A stretch of DNA of 64,000 nt from Pirellulales bacterium (lineage in GTDB: Bacteria; Planctomycetota; Planctomycetia; Pirellulales; UBA1268): assembly GCA_044370415.1 (NCBI GenBank), contig JBILVO010000005.1, forward strand, positions 2,395 to 66,394, read 5' to 3'. Shown here in pieces: positions 42,913 through 52,754 of this stretch; within the stretch, counting starts at the first letter, position 1, and each line of letters begins with the position of its first letter. The notes under the pieces were generated by a model. That model was given only the letters and a program-made list of their open reading frames with translations. It made no database searches and was not told the origin of the DNA. Position numbers and translations under genes: made by a program.

Positions 42913-43680
42913 TCAGCCCAGACGGCGGAGATAGAACGGGGACCGCAGGCCGATCCGCACGCCGTTTGTGCCGCGATTCTCGCGGGCCCGCCGCGCCGCC
43001 TCCGCGAGGTCGGTCGCGTTGCCCGTGAGGACGGCCACGAACTCGCGCTTGCCCCGCGTCCGATCGAGCACTGTGCCCTCGGCGGCAGTGCACTCAGTGG
43101 TCGTGAGCCGAGGAAAGAACAGCGGGCCGTCGTATCCGTCGCGGCGGGTCCAGGTGCGGACGTTCGTGGCGTGGTGGTGCCGCGTGCGGATCGAGAGCGC
43201 GGGATCGAAGACGACGACCCCGGCCGCCGCCGCCTCGTAGGCCAGCCTGTTCTCGCAGCGGGGCATGCCGAGCCGGAAGTCCGCCGGAAACGCCGGCAGC
43301 CCGCCGGCGATGAAGGCCCAGGCATCCTGCGACTGCGAGTAGAACCGCCAGGTCGTCGGATCTACCCGGCCCTCCATCGACGGCGCCGTCTCGTCGTCCC
43401 AGCGGGTCAGCGCCACGAGGACTCCCGGCCGCACCATCCGGCGAAGCGATTCGATGCCAGCGTCGAACGAGATGTCGCTGTTGGCGATCACGCAGACGGC
43501 GCCTGAAAACCGCTCGGCGGCGAGCGCGAAGAGATCGGCGAACGTCCAGCGGCGGGCCGCCCCGTCCACCGCCTCCACATGGCGAAAGGCCGGGCAGGAG
43601 GCGTTCGCCGCCCGCGCGGCCTCGAGCTCCGCCTGCCTGGCAGGGTCGGGCGAGTCGTACCGCTGCTGCAGGAGAATCAC
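42913..43680 (-). CDS. Hypothetical protein, possibly glycosyltransferase-like
   Basis: 255 aa with balanced composition. The N-terminal pattern ILLQQRYDSPDPARQAELEAA...TFADLF...VIANSDISFD recalls uncharacterised GT-like proteins found in glycan clusters. It lies directly downstream of the GT-C-like gene. Confidence 0.6.
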   Translation of the reverse strand: MILLQQRYDSPDPARQAELEAARAANASCPAFRHVEAVDGAARRWTFADLFALAAERFSGAVCVIANSDISFDAGIESLRRMVRPGVLVALTRWDDETAPSMEGRVDPTTWRFYSQSQDAWAFIAGGLPAFPADFRLGMPRCENRLAYEAAAAGVVVFDPALSIRTRHHHATNVRTWTRRDGYDGPLFFPRLTTTECTAAEGTVLDRTRGKREFVAVLTGNATDLAEAARRARENRGTNGVRIGLRSPFYLRRLG

Positions 43681-43749
43681 GGTGGCGGTCTCGAAGCGAT
43701 GGGGCGATGCGGCAGTGTCGTGCTCGGGAACGCGTCAGCTGGGAACGCG

Positions 43750-45648
43750 TCAGTTGACGCGGAATGCAGCGGCCCGGCCCGGAGGCGGGTCGGCCGAGAA
43801 CCAGAGTTCGATCGGAGTGGACTCGGCCGGCAGGCTCTGCCACGGCTCGAAGAAGTCGCTCCCATCGGCCGACAGCTCGCTGAGGAGCCGGTCGGGATAT
43901 GCGGCGGTCGCCCGCTCGGCCGCCGTCGGGATGCCCACTGGCGAAAGATGTAGCCGGTTCGTGATCCCGCGCGACCGCAGGTATTCGGCCACCGAGACGA
44001 CCGGCTCGTAGCGGGCCTTCGCCCGGGGAGCGACGATGCACACGACCGGCCGCGCCGGGTCCACGTCGCAGGCGGCCGCGATCCGGCCGATCGTCGCCTG
44101 GAACGCGGTGGTGGAAAGCACGTGGGCGCGCGTGTCGGCCCGGGCGTGATCCCCGCCCAGCGCCATCGCCACGACGGCGAGCGTGCCGGCAACGATCAGC
44201 CGGCTGCGGCCGGCCGCGGCGTCGCCGGGCCCACCGCCCCGTCGCCAGCCGGCGAGCTCGACGAGCAGCCCGATCGAGAGCACGCCCACGATCGGCACGA
44301 ACGGCAGGTCGTAGCGGCACTTTTTGAAGACCTCGCCCCTGTAGAAGAGCACCTGGCTGAGCGCCAGCATGAGGAGGACGAAGGCGACGAGGAGCAGGCT
44401 TCGCCGTCGCGACTCGGCCGGGCTCTTCAGGAGCCGCAGCCAGCCCACGGCGGCTCCGGTCGCCAGTGCCGCCAGCGGCAGGCCGTAGACGGCGAGCTTG
44501 CGCAGGGTCCGTAGCGCTGCGGCGTCGCCGGCGGCGACGAGCCCGGCGAGGCCCACCGGCCGCTGGTAGACGTCGCGGCCGCCGCTCGTGGCGATGCCGG
44601 CGGCCACCACGCCGGCCACGGTCGCGGCAGCGGCACAGACGACCAGGCAGCCGACGACTGCCGGCCAGCGCAGGTCTCCCCGCCACCATTCGACGGCCGC
44701 GACGAGCAGCGCCAGCGGCGCGAGCACGACGAAATTCTCCTTGGAGCCGATCGCCACCAGGGCCGCGGCCGTAAGGCCGAGCCAGGCGAGGCCCGTCGCC
44801 CTGCCCGTGCTTTTTCCACCCGAGCTTTTCCCGTCCAGGCTTTTCCCGCCCGGTCTATTCGCGACTGGGCTTTCGAGGATGTGGACCGCGGTCCAGGCGA
44901 ACAGCAGGCACGCCGGGGCGGCGTAGGTCTCGCCCGACCCGAGCTTGATCACGATCTCCGGCCACATCCACAGCGCCGCGAAGGCGGCCAGGGCGGCCGC
45001 GCCGGCCACCATGCCGAGCCACCGCCGCAGCAGGTCGAAGCCCAGCGCACACGAGAAGGCGAACACGAGCAGCCGGGCGACGAACCACGGCCGCGCATCC
45101 TTGCCCCAGACCGCCGCCTGGCCGAGATAGAGCGTGTAGTAGGCCGGGCGGTAGCGGGTCCAGCCGGCGACGGGTGCACCGGCTTCCGGATGGACCGCGA
45201 GCCGGGGGAGGATCTCGCCGGCGGGCAGGTGGTCGCGGCCCGGACCGATGAGCGTGTGGACGGCGTGGTCGTCGATGACGTCCCAGGTCGCCCGCGGCGA
45301 TTCGCCGAAGAGCGTCCAGGTCAAGAGCCCCGCTCCCAGGCACATCAGCCCCCAGCGCAGCCCGGGGCTGTCTGCGAGCGGGCCGTCCACCGCCCGGGAC
45401 CGCCCCGCCAACGCCAGCACGCCGCCGAGCGCGAGCAGGTGCAGCGGCAGGAACCGCCAGTCATGGGGCAGTGCCACGAGGATCGCGGGCAGCAGCGCCG
45501 CCACCACGGGCGGCGCGAGCGTGCGGGCCCACGCCGTGGCGTTGCTGTCAGGTCCGGTGCCAGCGGCTCTGTCGGAGGTTGCGTCGGGGCCGGTGTCGGT
45601 GTCGGCCTTGCGGGCCGGACTCGCCGGCATCGTGATCGTCGCGGCCAT
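43750..45648 (-). CDS. Polytopic membrane protein, GT-C-fold-like (ArnT/PMT-like glycosyltransferase candidate)
   Basis: ORF 43750..47979 trimmed to Met 45648. There are 10 or more hydrophobic helices. The first loop carries the Asp motif WDVIDDHAV. A soluble C-terminal domain of about 130 aa follows. It is divergent from a polyprenyl-phosphate GT2 gene. Confidence 0.6.
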   Translation of the reverse strand: MAATITMPASPARKADTDTGPDATSDRAAGTGPDSNATAWARTLAPPVVAALLPAILVALPHDWRFLPLHLLALGGVLALAGRSRAVDGPLADSPGLRWGLMCLGAGLLTWTLFGESPRATWDVIDDHAVHTLIGPGRDHLPAGEILPRLAVHPEAGAPVAGWTRYRPAYYTLYLGQAAVWGKDARPWFVARLLVFAFSCALGFDLLRRWLGMVAGAAALAAFAALWMWPEIVIKLGSGETYAAPACLLFAWTAVHILESPVANRPGGKSLDGKSSGGKSTGRATGLAWLGLTAAALVAIGSKENFVVLAPLALLVAAVEWWRGDLRWPAVVGCLVVCAAAATVAGVVAAGIATSGGRDVYQRPVGLAGLVAAGDAAALRTLRKLAVYGLPLAALATGAAVGWLRLLKSPAESRRRSLLLVAFVLLMLALSQVLFYRGEVFKKCRYDLPFVPIVGVLSIGLLVELAGWRRGGGPGDAAAGRSRLIVAGTLAVVAMALGGDHARADTRAHVLSTTAFQATIGRIAAACDVDPARPVVCIVAPRAKARYEPVVSVAEYLRSRGITNRLHLSPVGIPTAAERATAAYPDRLLSELSADGSDFFEPWQSLPAESTPIELWFSADPPPGRAAAFRVN

Positions 45649-46005
45649 CGCACGGGTCCGTGTCGGCGGGAGAGCGATCGACCGGCGCGGGGGAGCACCG
45701 GCCGGGGAGACGGAAACCGGAACAAGCCCGGGCTCGGGCTGTTTGCCGCTAGTGAGACGGATGCTAGGCCGCGGCCGGACGCCGCCACAACGGCATTTTC
45801 CGCCGCGTTCCGCCGCGAGCGGGCCGGCGGCGGACCGGCCTTCCGCGGGGCCTGCTGACCTTGACGCCACGGGCGCGACGCGGCACTCTCCCCGCCCCTC
45901 CGGCGGTCTCGAGCGCCGGCGAGCCCGCCTCCGGCACGACGTGCCCCGCGGCATGAAGACCCTTCGGCAAGAAGATCTCCAAAGAGAAGAGAAGTCCAGC
46001 GTTCC

Positions 46006-47046
46006 ATGACGTCCCGACAGACCTCCGCAATCGCCGCCAGCGCCGAGCCGTGGACCCCGGTGCCTCCGGTGGGCCGCTGGCCGCGGCGGCCGACGCAGGT
46101 GTCGATCGTCGTGCCGGTCTACCGGGAGGCCGACGGCATCGAGCATTTCTGCGAGTCGGTCGCCGGCGTGATGGACGCCACGGGCCTCGAGTGGGAGCTG
46201 ATCTTCGTCGAGGACGACTCGCCCGACGCCACGATGGAGAAGCTGCGGATCCTGCACGAACGCCGGCCGTCGCAGGTCGCCGCGCTCTCGCTCTCGCGCC
46301 GCTTCGGCCACCAGGCATCGCTGGCGGCGGGCTTCGACGCGGCCGCGGGCGACGTGGTGATCTGCATGGACGGCGACATGCAGCACCCGCCGGACATGCT
46401 CCCGCACCTCCTGCACCGCTGGGCCCAGGGCGACCAGGTCGTCTACACCCGCAGGCGCCGCACCGAGCGGCGCGGGGCTCTGAAGTCCTGGGTGAGCCAG
46501 GCCTTCTACCGGGCGATCAGCAGCATCTCCGAGGTGCGGATCGAGGACGGCAGTGCCGACTTCCGGCTGATGGACAGGCTCGTGGTCGACGCGCTCCGCC
46601 GGTTCGGCGAGCGGGGGCTCTTCTACCGCGGCCTCGTGCAGTGGGCCGGCTTCCGGCAATCGTCGCTCGCGTACGACGCGCCGCCGCGGTTCGCCGGAAA
46701 CTCGTCCTACACGCTGCGGCGCATGGTCCATCTGGCCGCGGACGCCATCTTCTCCTTCTCGACGCTGCCGCTGCGGATGAGCCTGATGCTCGGCGGCCTC
46801 GCCCTGGCCGCGACGTTCCTCTACGCGATCTACGTCGTCGCCTGCTGGCTGCGGGGCACCGCCGGGCCCGCCGGCTACACGTCGCTCGTGCTGCTCGTCA
46901 GCTTCCTGGGCAGCCTCAACCTCATCGGCCTCGGGATCGTGGGGGCCTACGTGGGACGGATGCACGAGCAGGTGAAGCAGCGGCCGCTGTATCTGGTCAA
47001 GGAACGCCTGCAGGCGGCCCGGCCCCGGCCGAGCCTGGTGGCATGA
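46006..47046 (+). CDS. GT2 polyprenyl-phosphate glycosyltransferase (ArnC/GtrB/DPM1-like)
   Basis: It has VSIVVPVYREADGI, FVEDDSPD and MDGDMQHPP, plus two C-terminal TM helices typical of lipid-phosphate sugar transferases. Confidence 0.85.
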   Translation: MTSRQTSAIAASAEPWTPVPPVGRWPRRPTQVSIVVPVYREADGIEHFCESVAGVMDATGLEWELIFVEDDSPDATMEKLRILHERRPSQVAALSLSRRFGHQASLAAGFDAAAGDVVICMDGDMQHPPDMLPHLLHRWAQGDQVVYTRRRRTERRGALKSWVSQAFYRAISSISEVRIEDGSADFRLMDRLVVDALRRFGERGLFYRGLVQWAGFRQSSLAYDAPPRFAGNSSYTLRRMVHLAADAIFSFSTLPLRMSLMLGGLALAATFLYAIYVVACWLRGTAGPAGYTSLVLLVSFLGSLNLIGLGIVGAYVGRMHEQVKQRPLYLVKERLQAARPRPSLVA

Positions 47047-47073
47047 GGCAGGTGGCATGAGAAGGAGCGACCG

Positions 47074-47964
47074 ATGAACGCCGTTCGCGCAGCGGTTCCC
47101 CTGGCGAGGCCGGAGCCGTGCATCTGCTGCGGCACCGCCGCCTGGGAGCCGCACTTCCGGGTGCTGAAGCGGTGCGGCACGTGCGGCTTCATCCGCGCCG
47201 ACATGTCGGTGACCCAGGAGGAGGCCGAGCGGCTCTACCAAGAGGGCTATTTCACGGGAGCGGAGTACGGCGACTACCTCGCCGACGCCCGGTCCCACCG
47301 CCGCAACTTCGCCGAACGGCTCCGGCTGGTGCGCAAGATCGCCGGCGCCGCGCCGGGGCCGGTGCTCGAAATCGGCTGCGCCTACGGCTTCTTCCTCGAG
47401 CAGTGCCGGGATGCCGGCATCGAGGCGACCGGCGTCGACGTCTGCGTGGAGCCGGTCCGCCACGCGCGGATGACGAGCGGCCTCGACGCCCGCGTCGGCG
47501 ACTTTCTCGCCATGCCGCTGCCCGCGGGCCGCTTCCGCTCGGTCTGCATGTGGGACACCATCGAGCACCTCGAGCATCCCGAGGCGTTCGTCGCGCGGGC
47601 CCGCGAGGTCGTCGCGGACGGCGGCCTGCTCTTCGTGACGACCGGCGACATCGGGGCCGCCTTCGCCCAGTGGCGCGGCCCGAAGTGGCGCATGATCCAC
47701 CCGCCGACCCACCTGCAGTACTTCTCCTCGGCCTCGCTGGCGAGGCTTTTGGAGCGGCACGGCTTCCGCGTCGAGTACAGCCGCTCGACGCCGATGTATC
47801 GCAACGTGGGCGAGACGCTCGGCAGGCTCGCGACGCTCGGCCGCGGCGCGGTCGGCCACGTCGCGTCCCTGGCCCGACGGCTCGTTCCCGGCCCGCTCCA
47901 GCGGCGGGGGTTCTGGCTCGACCTCGGCGACATCATGTACGTCGCGGCCCGGAAGATCCCATGA
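47074..47964 (+). CDS. Class I SAM-dependent methyltransferase with an N-terminal 4-Cys zinc ribbon
   Basis: It has CICCG...CGTCGF and then the SAM motif I VLEIGCAYGFFLE. The motif post I/II region is conserved. Confidence 0.8.
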   Translation: MNAVRAAVPLARPEPCICCGTAAWEPHFRVLKRCGTCGFIRADMSVTQEEAERLYQEGYFTGAEYGDYLADARSHRRNFAERLRLVRKIAGAAPGPVLEIGCAYGFFLEQCRDAGIEATGVDVCVEPVRHARMTSGLDARVGDFLAMPLPAGRFRSVCMWDTIEHLEHPEAFVARAREVVADGGLLFVTTGDIGAAFAQWRGPKWRMIHPPTHLQYFSSASLARLLERHGFRVEYSRSTPMYRNVGETLGRLATLGRGAVGHVASLARRLVPGPLQRRGFWLDLGDIMYVAARKIP

Positions 47965-48956
47965 CGCCCGCCATGCCACCCACGCTCGTCCTCGTCACCG
48001 GCGCCGGCGGCTTCATCGGCAGCCACCTCGTGCAGACGCTCCTGGCCCGGGGCCACCGGGTGCGGGCGCTGGTGCGCTACTCCTCGCACGGCGGCTGCGG
48101 CTTCCTCTCCGACATCGACGGTGCGCCGGGCGACCGGCTGGAGATCGTCCGCGGCGACGTCACCGACGCCCGCTGCGTGCGCGAGGCGGTCCGCGGCTGC
48201 GGCACGGTGTTCCACCTCGCCGCGCTCATTGGCATCCCCTACTCCTACGTCGCCCCCCACAGCTACGTGGCCGTGAACATCCACGGCACGCTCAACGTGC
48301 TGGAGGCGGCCCGGGACGAGCGGGTCGACCGCGTGCTCGTCACGTCGACCAGCGAGGTCTACGGCACCGCCCGCTACACGCCGATCGACGAGGAGCATCC
48401 GCTGCAGGCCCAGTCGCCCTACTCGGCGACGAAGATCGGCGCCGACGCCCTGGCCACGAGCTACGGCCGCGCGTTCGGTCTGCCCGTGGCGATCGTGCGG
48501 CCGTTCAACACCTTCGGGCCCCGGCAGAGCAGCCGCGCCGTGATCCCCACGATCATCACGCAGGCGCTCCACGCCGACGCGATCCGGGTCGGCTCGCTCG
48601 TCCCCGTCCGCGACATGGTCTACGTGGCCGACACGGCGGCCGGCTTCGTGGCGCTCGCCGAGTCCGACGCCGCCGTCGGCCGGGCGACGAACCTCGCCAC
48701 CGGGGTCGGCGTGACGGTCGGCGAACTGGTCGAACGCATCCAGCGGATCGTCGGCCGCAGCCTGCCGGTCATCGAGGAAGCGCAGCGGGTGCGGCCCGAG
48801 GCGAGCGAGGTGTTCACGCTTCTGGGGAATGCGGACGCTGCGCGGCGGGACGCGGGCTGGAGCCCGGCCGTCGATCTCGACGAGGGTCTGCGCCGCACGG
48901 TGGAGTGGTTTCGGCGACATGCCGACACGCGGGCCGTGGGCGAGTATCGGGTCTGA
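47961..48956 (+). CDS. NAD-dependent nucleotide-sugar epimerase/dehydratase (extended SDR)
   Basis: It has VTGAGGFIGSHL, TSTSEVYG and YSATK (YxxxK). The ATGA start overlaps the upstream stop. Confidence 0.85.
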   Translation: MTPAMPPTLVLVTGAGGFIGSHLVQTLLARGHRVRALVRYSSHGGCGFLSDIDGAPGDRLEIVRGDVTDARCVREAVRGCGTVFHLAALIGIPYSYVAPHSYVAVNIHGTLNVLEAARDERVDRVLVTSTSEVYGTARYTPIDEEHPLQAQSPYSATKIGADALATSYGRAFGLPVAIVRPFNTFGPRQSSRAVIPTIITQALHADAIRVGSLVPVRDMVYVADTAAGFVALAESDAAVGRATNLATGVGVTVGELVERIQRIVGRSLPVIEEAQRVRPEASEVFTLLGNADAARRDAGWSPAVDLDEGLRRTVEWFRRHADTRAVGEYRV

Positions 48957-48976
48957 CGCACGGAAGGAGACAGCAG

Positions 48977-49696
48977 ATGAGAGCCGTGATCCTGGCCGGA
49001 GGCCGCGGAACGCGCCTAGCCCCCTACACCTCCGTGATCCCCAAGCCGCTCTTGCCGGTGGGGGACAGGCCGATCCTCGACATCGTCTTCCACCAGCTCG
49101 CCGAGGCCGGCTTCACCCACGCGACGCTCTCGCTGGGCTACATGAGCAGCTACTTCCGCACGTTCCTCGCCGAGAACCCGGGGCTGCGGCGGCTCCTGCA
49201 CATCGACTTCGTGGAGGAGACCGAGCCGACCGGCACGGCGGGGAGCCTGGCGGCGGTGCCCGGCCTGTCGGGATCGTTCCTGGTGATGAACGGCGACATC
49301 CTCACCGACCTCGACTACGCAACGCTGATGCGCGACCACGCGGAGTCGGGCGCCGCGATCACGATCGCCGCCCACCGCAAGACCGTGAAGATCGACCTGG
49401 GCATCCTCGAGGTCGACGCCGACGGCGGCGTGACCGGCTACGTGGAGAAGCCCACGCTCGAATACCCGGTCAGCATGGGCATCTACGCCTACGACGCCTC
49501 GGTGCTCGAAGTGATCGACCGCGGCACCTATCTCGACTTTCCGACGCTCGTCCTGCGGCTGATCGCCGCGGGCAAGCGGGTCAACGCCTGGGCCAGCGAC
49601 GCGATGTGGCTCGATCTCGGCCGGCACGACGACCTCATGGAGGCGTCGCGGATCTTCGGCCACAACCAGGAGCAGTTCCTGCGGCGGGCAGCCTGA
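48977..49696 (+). CDS. Sugar-phosphate nucleotidyltransferase
   Basis: It has MRAVILAGGRGTRLAPYTSVIPKPLLPV and the EPTGTAGS loop. GGAAGGAG lies upstream of the ATG. Confidence 0.85.
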   Translation: MRAVILAGGRGTRLAPYTSVIPKPLLPVGDRPILDIVFHQLAEAGFTHATLSLGYMSSYFRTFLAENPGLRRLLHIDFVEETEPTGTAGSLAAVPGLSGSFLVMNGDILTDLDYATLMRDHAESGAAITIAAHRKTVKIDLGILEVDADGGVTGYVEKPTLEYPVSMGIYAYDASVLEVIDRGTYLDFPTLVLRLIAAGKRVNAWASDAMWLDLGRHDDLMEASRIFGHNQEQFLRRAA

Positions 49697-49727
49697 ATCG
49701 CCGTCCCGTCCCGCGGGCGCCCGGCCC

Positions 49728-50594
49728 ATGCCCCGAGTCCTCGTCATCGCGGCCGCCGGTTTCGTCGGCCGGGCCGTCGTCCAGGCGCTTGCCCGCCGGC
49801 CGTGCGAGCTGGTCACGGCGGCGCGGCACGGGGCCGACGTCGCCTGCGACGTGACCGACGCGGCGCAGGTCGACGCGGCGATCCGCACGGCCGCCCCGGA
49901 CGCCGTGGTCAACTGCTCCGGCGCCCCGCACGACGGGCCTGCCGCCGACCTCTACGCCGTGCACGCGCTGGGCACGCTGCACCTGCTCGAGGCCGTCCGC
50001 CGCCACGCGGCCGCCGCGCCGGTGGTGCTCATCGGCTCGGCCGCCGAGTATGGCCCCGCGGCGCCGCAGGAACTCCCCGTGCGCGAGGATCATCCCTGCC
50101 GTCCGGCCGGCGTCTACGGCTGCTCGAAGCTGGCGCAGGCCCAGCTGGCCCGCCTGGCGCAGGACTCCTGGGGGTTGCGGGTGCGGACGGTGCGGCTGTT
50201 CAACGCGGTCGGGCCGGGCATGCCAGGGAGGTACTTCTTTCCGGCGCTGGCGGCCAGGCTGCGGGGCCGCGAGCCGGGCGGCACGTTCCCCCTACGGGAC
50301 GGCGACTCGACCCGCGACTTCGTTCATGTCGACGACGTCGGGGAGGCCGTCGCCCTGCTTGTGGATGGAGCGTTGCCGGACGGCGTCTTCAACGTCGCCA
50401 CGGGCGTCGAAACGAGCGTGCGCGAGGCGGCGGCGCACCTCGGCCTGCTCGCGGGCGGGCTGACGCCCGTGGACGACGGGCCCGCGGGTCCGGCGAGCCG
50501 CAGCGCCGGCGACGCCACCCGGCTCAGGTCGCTGGGCTGGCAGCCGCGGCGCACGTGGCGGCAGGCGATCGAGGACATCTGGGCCGACCGCTGA
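49728..50594 (+). CDS. NAD(P)-dependent nucleotide-sugar reductase/epimerase (SDR)
   Basis: It has VIAAAGFVGRAV (a Rossmann variant), YGCSK (YxxxK) and RDFVHVDDV. Confidence 0.75.
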   Translation: MPRVLVIAAAGFVGRAVVQALARRPCELVTAARHGADVACDVTDAAQVDAAIRTAAPDAVVNCSGAPHDGPAADLYAVHALGTLHLLEAVRRHAAAAPVVLIGSAAEYGPAAPQELPVREDHPCRPAGVYGCSKLAQAQLARLAQDSWGLRVRTVRLFNAVGPGMPGRYFFPALAARLRGREPGGTFPLRDGDSTRDFVHVDDVGEAVALLVDGALPDGVFNVATGVETSVREAAAHLGLLAGGLTPVDDGPAGPASRSAGDATRLRSLGWQPRRTWRQAIEDIWADR

Positions 50595-50640
50595 CGCCGC
50601 CTGTCCCCTGGCCGGGGCCGCACGACCTTGCGATCGCCGG

Positions 50641-52581
50641 CTACCGGGTCACCGACACCGAGACGTCGCGGGCCAGCGGGTTGCCGACGGCGTCGACGAT
50701 GCCCGAGCCTGCGGCCACGAGCACCAGCGTGAACGCCCCGTTGCCCGAAGGCAGGGACTGCACGGAGAGTGTCCACTCCGCGCCGCTGCCGCTCACCGTG
50801 GCGTCGCCGATCTCGTTGAGGACCAGCGGGTCGGTCAGCGGCAGATCGAACTTCTTTCCGCCGGCCGAGCCCCGGATCCGAAAATCCCGTACGTCGACAC
50901 CGGTCACCGGGCGGGTAAAGACCATCGTCGCCGATGACGTGCCCGGATCGAACGAGATCGAGGCGACCGGCACGAGCGCGTCGATCAGCACCGCCGTGGT
51001 GTCGGGGGCGGTGAACGTCGGGGGGCCGTTGTTGCCGGCAACGTCGCGGACGAAGGCGTTCGTGGGCAGGCCGACCGTGCCGCCCACGGAGACGCCGCCA
51101 TAGTCTCCGGACGCGACCGTCGCGCGGAAGACGAGCGTCGCCGTGCCGCTGCCCGCCGCGTAGGTCGCCCGCCGGCTCGCGTTGCCGATCGTCAGATCGA
51201 GATACGGCACCGCCGTGGCGCCGGAGAGCGGGCTCACCGTGACGGGCCGCGAGTAGCTGACGGTGAACTCGAGCACCTGCCCAAACGCGTAGGTCTTGGC
51301 CGCCGGCGCCGTCACCGCGGTGATCGTCGGTGCCTGCTGCACGAGCGTGAAGACGAGAGGCGTCGATGCGGGGGACTGGTTGCCCGCCTTGTCGGTCTGC
51401 CGGACCTTCACGGAGTTGGCCCCCTCGACCGGCACGAACGACGCCGACCAGTCGGACCACGTGACGCCGTTTTGCTGCAGGACCGAATACTCCACGGTCG
51501 ACCCGGTTTCGACCGTGGCCTTCTTCGTCGTGGGATTCACGAACGACAGGCCGCCGTTCGCGGTGGTGCGGTCGGTCTTGCTCGTGCCGGTGTCGGCGGC
51601 GAGCACGACCTGCGGCGCCGCCGGGGCGGTGGCGTCGAAGGTGAACTTGATGGTCGTCGCCGGGGAGTTGTTGCCCGCGACATCGACCTGCCTGACGAGC
51701 ACGCTGTTGCTACCGGCCTTGGGCGCGAAGCTGCCGGCCCAGGTCTTGCCGCCAGTGGTCGAGTATTGCAGGGCGGCGGTCGCCTCGACGGCGTTGGGGC
51801 CGGTCGTGGCCGCCAGCAGCGTGCCGTCAGAGGTGATCCCGTCGTCGGGGATGTTCGTGTCGTTCGCGAGCGACACGGCCGGCGCCACGGGGAGCGTCGT
51901 GTCGAGCGTGAACTCGAGGGTCGACTCAGGCGAGACGTTGCCCGCCTTGTCGACCTGGCGGACCTTCACCGTGTTGAGGCCCTCGACGGGGAGGAACGAC
52001 GACTCCCAGCCGAGCTTGATGCTGTTCCAGTATTGGGCGGTCGCGGCCGTTTCCAGCGTCGTCTTCTTGGTGGCGGGGCTGACGAACGACAGCGTGCCGT
52101 CACGCGTCTGCCGGTCGGTGCTTGACACGCCGGTGTCGGACTTGAGCGACACTGCGAGCGGCGCGGGGGGAGTGTCGTCGTACGTGAATGAAAAAGAAGT
52201 CGCCTTCGACGGCGTGCCGCCCGGCTCGGTCTGCCGGACGAGGAGCTTGTTGACGCCGGACTGCGGCACGAAGGTCGGACTCCAGGCCTTGCCGCCGTTG
52301 ACCGAATACTCGACCGCCGCGGACCCCACGGTCGTGACGGCCAGCGTGGGGATGTTCGTGACCCGATCGGTTGCACTCGCGCCGGTGTCCTGCACGAGCG
52401 ACACTGGCGGCGCCGCCGGTGCGGCTGCGGCCAGAACCGCCCGCGGCTCGAGCCGTTCGCAGCCCGGCGCGGGCTGCGGCCGCTGGCGGCTGAGCGACCG
52501 GCTGCGGCGGCCCGCGGTTGTCCACGGAAAAAAGAGCGACGGACGGCCGCGCGAGGATCGTCGGGAACGGGAAGCGAACAT
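50641..52581 (-). CDS. Secreted surface protein with four ~95-aa Ig-like repeats and further beta domains; N-terminal CERLEPRAVLAA motif
   Basis: ORF 50641..53622 trimmed to Met 52581. The Arg/Ser-rich N-terminus is followed by LEPRAVLAAAAP. The repeats carry D(T/S)G.S.TD..T.DG.L and V.VRQ.DKAGN.SP blocks. Confidence 0.75.
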   Translation of the reverse strand: MFASRSRRSSRGRPSLFFPWTTAGRRSRSLSRQRPQPAPGCERLEPRAVLAAAAPAAPPVSLVQDTGASATDRVTNIPTLAVTTVGSAAVEYSVNGGKAWSPTFVPQSGVNKLLVRQTEPGGTPSKATSFSFTYDDTPPAPLAVSLKSDTGVSSTDRQTRDGTLSFVSPATKKTTLETAATAQYWNSIKLGWESSFLPVEGLNTVKVRQVDKAGNVSPESTLEFTLDTTLPVAPAVSLANDTNIPDDGITSDGTLLAATTGPNAVEATAALQYSTTGGKTWAGSFAPKAGSNSVLVRQVDVAGNNSPATTIKFTFDATAPAAPQVVLAADTGTSKTDRTTANGGLSFVNPTTKKATVETGSTVEYSVLQQNGVTWSDWSASFVPVEGANSVKVRQTDKAGNQSPASTPLVFTLVQQAPTITAVTAPAAKTYAFGQVLEFTVSYSRPVTVSPLSGATAVPYLDLTIGNASRRATYAAGSGTATLVFRATVASGDYGGVSVGGTVGLPTNAFVRDVAGNNGPPTFTAPDTTAVLIDALVPVASISFDPGTSSATMVFTRPVTGVDVRDFRIRGSAGGKKFDLPLTDPLVLNEIGDATVSGSGAEWTLSVQSLPSGNGAFTLVLVAAGSGIVDAVGNPLARDVSVSVTR

Positions 52582-52754
52582 GGTGCACTCCGGAGGAGAC
52601 CGGCGGCGACCTCCCTGTGCCCGACGGAACGGCCCGCGAACCCGAAACGGGCCGCGAAACATCCCTTTGGAGTAACTCCGGCCTGGAGGCGAGTCAAGGA
52701 ATCGGCGTGGACGGGCAACCGGCGCGGACAGGCGCGGGCCGGGCCACGGCATCG

